A DNA stretch of 64,000 nucleotides, from assembly GCA_029258835.1 (NCBI GenBank), contig JAPDJY010000006.1:16497-80496 (forward strand), given 5' to 3'. Of the stretch, positions 60,790 to 64,000 are shown one piece after another. The notes beneath the pieces are model-generated. The model was not told the origin of the DNA. It worked only from the letters and a program-made list of their open reading frames with translations, and searched no databases. How positions within the stretch are numbered: position 1 is the first letter of the stretch; every line of letters begins with the position of its first letter. The position numbers and the translations under genes are program-made. This DNA is from Thermoproteota archaeon (lineage in GTDB: Archaea; Asgardarchaeota; Jordiarchaeia; Jordiarchaeales; Freyrarchaeaceae).

Positions 60790-61566
60790 TTGAAGTATCA
60801 TTCTTGGGGGATTTGGTTGCTGGCAGCAGAGAACGTTTCTAAAGTTGTTAGTATGCTGAGGGATGAGTTGAGGGTCCTTGGAGCCATAACAGCTAGGGGC
60901 CTCGCGCTCTACACCGTGGGAGGAAAACAAATTTACTCTGACCTTGACCCCTCCGTTGAGGAAAGGTTAAAGGTGTTTGTTTCAAGCTTTCCCGGTTTGA
61001 GCATAGGATCCCACATAACAGTCACCATAGGGGAAAGAACCTTAATAATAATGCGTCTCTCGGAAAGGTCTGTTTTAGCGGTTTTCACCCATCAAAGAGT
61101 TGGGATCGTACTGGTTAAAATGTCCGCTCTGATCAAGTCCTATGGAACAACACTAGATAAGCTTCTCGAAGGAGTTGAGGAAGAGCAGGTTCCATCCATA
61201 CAGCTACCCGAAGTGAGCGAAGTTAAAACCGAGGAGGTTCCGGTAGAAGAACAACCATCAGAACTTGTAGAGGCCCCTGTTGAGGAAAAAGCTGAAGTAG
61301 AGGAAGCGAAAGCTGAGGAAGTTGAAGCCGAAAGAAGGACGAGAATAGTTACAGTACAGGTTCCGGTGATCATGGATGAATCGATTCTTAAGAAGTGCAG
61401 CGACAGAGAGCGAAAAATACTAGAGATGTGCGATGGGGAAAGGTCAATAGATGAAATAGCCAAGGAGACAGGCATCCCATTCTTCGAGATCCTTCAACTA
61501 TGCACAAAGTATAGCGCGAAAAAGAAAATCAAAATAATAGACCGCCCTCGCATCATAACCGAATAA
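60790..61566 (+). CDS. Roadblock/longin-like N-domain, acidic linker, C-terminal winged helix
   Basis: Alpha-beta-alpha N-domain; E-rich linker; ILEMCDGERSIDEIA. Confidence 0.55.
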   Translation: MKYHSWGIWLLAAENVSKVVSMLRDELRVLGAITARGLALYTVGGKQIYSDLDPSVEERLKVFVSSFPGLSIGSHITVTIGERTLIIMRLSERSVLAVFTHQRVGIVLVKMSALIKSYGTTLDKLLEGVEEEQVPSIQLPEVSEVKTEEVPVEEQPSELVEAPVEEKAEVEEAKAEEVEAERRTRIVTVQVPVIMDESILKKCSDRERKILEMCDGERSIDEIAKETGIPFFEILQLCTKYSAKKKIKIIDRPRIITE

Positions 61567-61589
61567 AAATAGAAAAAGTAGGTGTTAGG

Positions 61590-63850
61590 CTACTTACTCC
61601 TTTTTCTCCTTATTATAGTTATGGCTCCCGTCCCGGCCGTGGCGGCAACCGCTACTATCATGATGATAATTCCTGCTCCTCCCTTCCCTGAAGATGTAAG
61701 TAATAGGAGTAGCAGCAACGTGAGTGGAGTTTGCGTCTCATAGACGCTGGTTGAAATGTATGATATATAGGATGGATCGTTGTCTATGCTTTTTCCATCC
61801 CACTTCGGGAAGCATGTTGCCATGAAGTACGTTTCACCGGTTATGGTAATGTTTGCTATGGAATCCCCTGCTTCTCCAATGTACATCCCCTTGAAGGCTG
61901 AGACAGGTGTTGTTGAGGAGTAAGCAGTATAATTCTCTGTCCCATTCCACACGTAAACTGAGCCACCCATCTGGAAGTCTGCTATGGACGCGTTGCCTAC
62001 CTTAAAGCTGAAAGTGCTTGACATCGTCGAGTTTTCATCAGGGTCTACTGGCCTACCCGACTCCGAGACGAAGGTCGACGTGTAGTTTCCTTGAACTCTC
62101 CGCCCATAGTATGCTATGGCTAAACTTCTATTAGTAAGGTCGGCTGGATTAGTGCTATTACCAACGTTCACGCTCCATTCTCCGACTCGCTGGTCTATCT
62201 TAAGAACTCCCTTAAAGTTTCCATCTCCGGCCTCAAGGTTGAAGTGCCCCACTAAGGATATGCCCGTTACGTTCGCCTTGGATGGTGTCTTATCAAAGTC
62301 CTCAGGGTCAACTGGTGTCACCTCCCTGATGAATGACCAAACATTATGTACCCTCTTAGCGTTGCCGACCTTAAGCGGGAACAATACTCCGCTCACGTTG
62401 CTGAGCGTTACGCCGAAGTCAACAGTTTCCCCTCCAGAAACCGTTACGCTGCCGTTTTCTCCATAAGCGCCGTTAAAGGGTAATGTTAAGTTGACTGCTT
62501 GGGCGGAATCTATAAGGAAGACGTGGGTTGCCTCCTCCGGGTCGGCTGCGCCTAGGAGCGGGCTAACGCCCATGTCAAGCACTCCATCCCCATCAACGTC
62601 GGTATAAAGGAGTATACCTGCAAACTCTGACATGAGCGTGTTCCAAGTAACCCCAAGTCCCGTAATGTCGGTAGCGTAGACCTCCTTGACCCTGAAGACG
62701 AGCCACGTCCACTCGAAGTTTTTATCCGTAATCCACCAATATTTGGGGTCGCCCGTAAGGTTATCTATGGTCGTGTTTTCTGTTATCGGTCCAAGCCCGG
62801 CATACCCTAATTTCTCCATTCCCATCGTTTCATTTTCCCAGATCATGTCTCTTATCTGACTCATTTCAGCGTCGCTCACCGCTGTACCATTAGTGTAGGT
62901 CCAAGTGTAGTTTCTCTCCCAGTCAACTGTCTGGTTAAAGTGTACGTAGCCAACATAAGACAGGAACAACAGCCCTGGAGGAACACCAACTATAACTACT
63001 AGGAAGTCATAGGTTACCTCCGTGTGGGACGTGGCGTTAACGTGCATCCTAACATAATAGTTCGGCGTATCCTTGTTGTTGTCCAAGTCAAGCGCTCCAT
63101 TCTCATCTATGCTATAATTGAACCAGCTGAATGATGGCAGATTAAACACTATAAACCTGTTCAGCTCGAAGTGCTTCATCAAATCAACGTTCCATACAGA
63201 GCCACTAGTAGTGTTAAAGTATGCTGGTATTACGGCGTAGGTCCCGTAAAGCGATGAATTTGTCGTGTTAAACATTAAAGTAAATGTGAACCGGATGAAG
63301 CGTTCATTGTAAAATACCTGTTGGCTGGTGTTTGAAGCTGAAATGATCTTGATCGGGGTTTCACCGAGTCCGATAGGCACGATCTGCTATGTCTGAGTTG
63401 ACGTATCGTACTCTACTAGTATTATATATTCCGGCTCTTCCCCTGCCAGTGTTTCTAGCGAGAAGGGTACAAGAGCTATCCCTACCTTGGATACGCTGCT
63501 AAGTTCGCTAGGGCCGCTATAAAGGTCAACCGTGATGCTGAACTGTTGATTTTGCATTACTAGTATTTCGTGTGGAGGTAAGTTCTGTGCTGATGCACCG
63601 CTTACGTTTGCATCTATGTATATGTATGGATCATCAACTATGATCCCCGGTTCAATGGCCTATTTATCCAGTTTAGAACATTGCCGTATGCGTCAAGGAC
63701 ATTTATTACCTCATATTTGTGTCTTCCATCTGCAATGTTCAGAGTTCCCGCGAAGACTACCTTATCATCGCTGTGGCTACACTTCGACGGGTCTAACGTA
63801 AAGTTTTCCGACCCGTCCTGTATTTTAGCATACGTGAACTCTGTTGTCCT
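61590..63850 (-). pseudogene. Cell-surface glycoprotein gene disrupted by IS insertion, a frameshift (~63655) and an in-frame TAG (63387-63389)
   Basis: Many N-x-S/T sequons; C-terminal TM plus basic tail; coding-like frames continue upstream of 63380 to the IS end. Confidence 0.7.
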
Positions 63851-64000
63851 TTGACACTCTCCCCGCTGAAGCGGGGGGATTCTGGGTTTGTCGGCTTGGC
63901 TTCATTCTGCCCGGTTCGGGCTGTGTCAAGGTAGCCCCTGCTACGGAGACTAGCCCCGTAGCCCGCTTCAAGATGTTCATGGCTCCGTTGTAGTTCGCGT
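63851..64000 (-). mobile_element. tnpB: IS200/IS605-family element: tnpB 3' end, omega-RNA region and right end
   Basis: Minus strand reads ANYNGAMNILKRA; subterminal hairpin GAATCCCCCCGCTTCAGCGGGGAGAG followed by TGTCAA. Confidence 0.85.

Noticed and set aside
63387-63389. In-frame TAG as pyrrolysine
   Set aside because: Not a methylamine methyltransferase; a nearby frameshift and IS insertion point to decay; no pyl genes in the window.
1-64000. CRISPR array or rRNA genes
   Set aside because: No regularly spaced repeats or rRNA signatures seen.

Overview
Archaeal chromosome segment, most likely from an Asgard archaeon (inferred from a gelsolin-domain protein, a roadblock/longin-like protein, a small Ras-superfamily GTPase and a eukaryote-type SECIS fold). 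It carries C1/Wood-Ljungdahl and methanogen-type cofactor genes (cdhA, ftr, mtd, mfnB, mfnE, comA/B/D/E, mtxX), the Mvh/Vhu hydrogenase and HdrABC genes, housekeeping genes (mat, carAB, fbp, gltX, cgi121, sua5, rps17e, tfb), an ABC exporter, a ~6 kb island with a large LAGLIDADG-like protein between hdrA and hdrCB, and the right end of an IS200/IS605 tnpB element in a decaying surface-protein gene. The main signals are at RNA level and are missed by the ORF track: (1) a 30-nt bulge-helix-bulge (BHB)-type intron with an in-frame stop inside the second Fe-S motif of hdrC, i.e. a probable spliced archaeal mRNA; (2) a tRNA-Pro(CGG) with three non-canonical introns; (3) an unannotated selenoprotein gene vhuU whose SECIS-like K-turn hairpin uses its own UGA stop codon; (4) two unexplained K-turn-rich structured RNAs. 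Product calls come from motif recognition by eye; no database searches were run.
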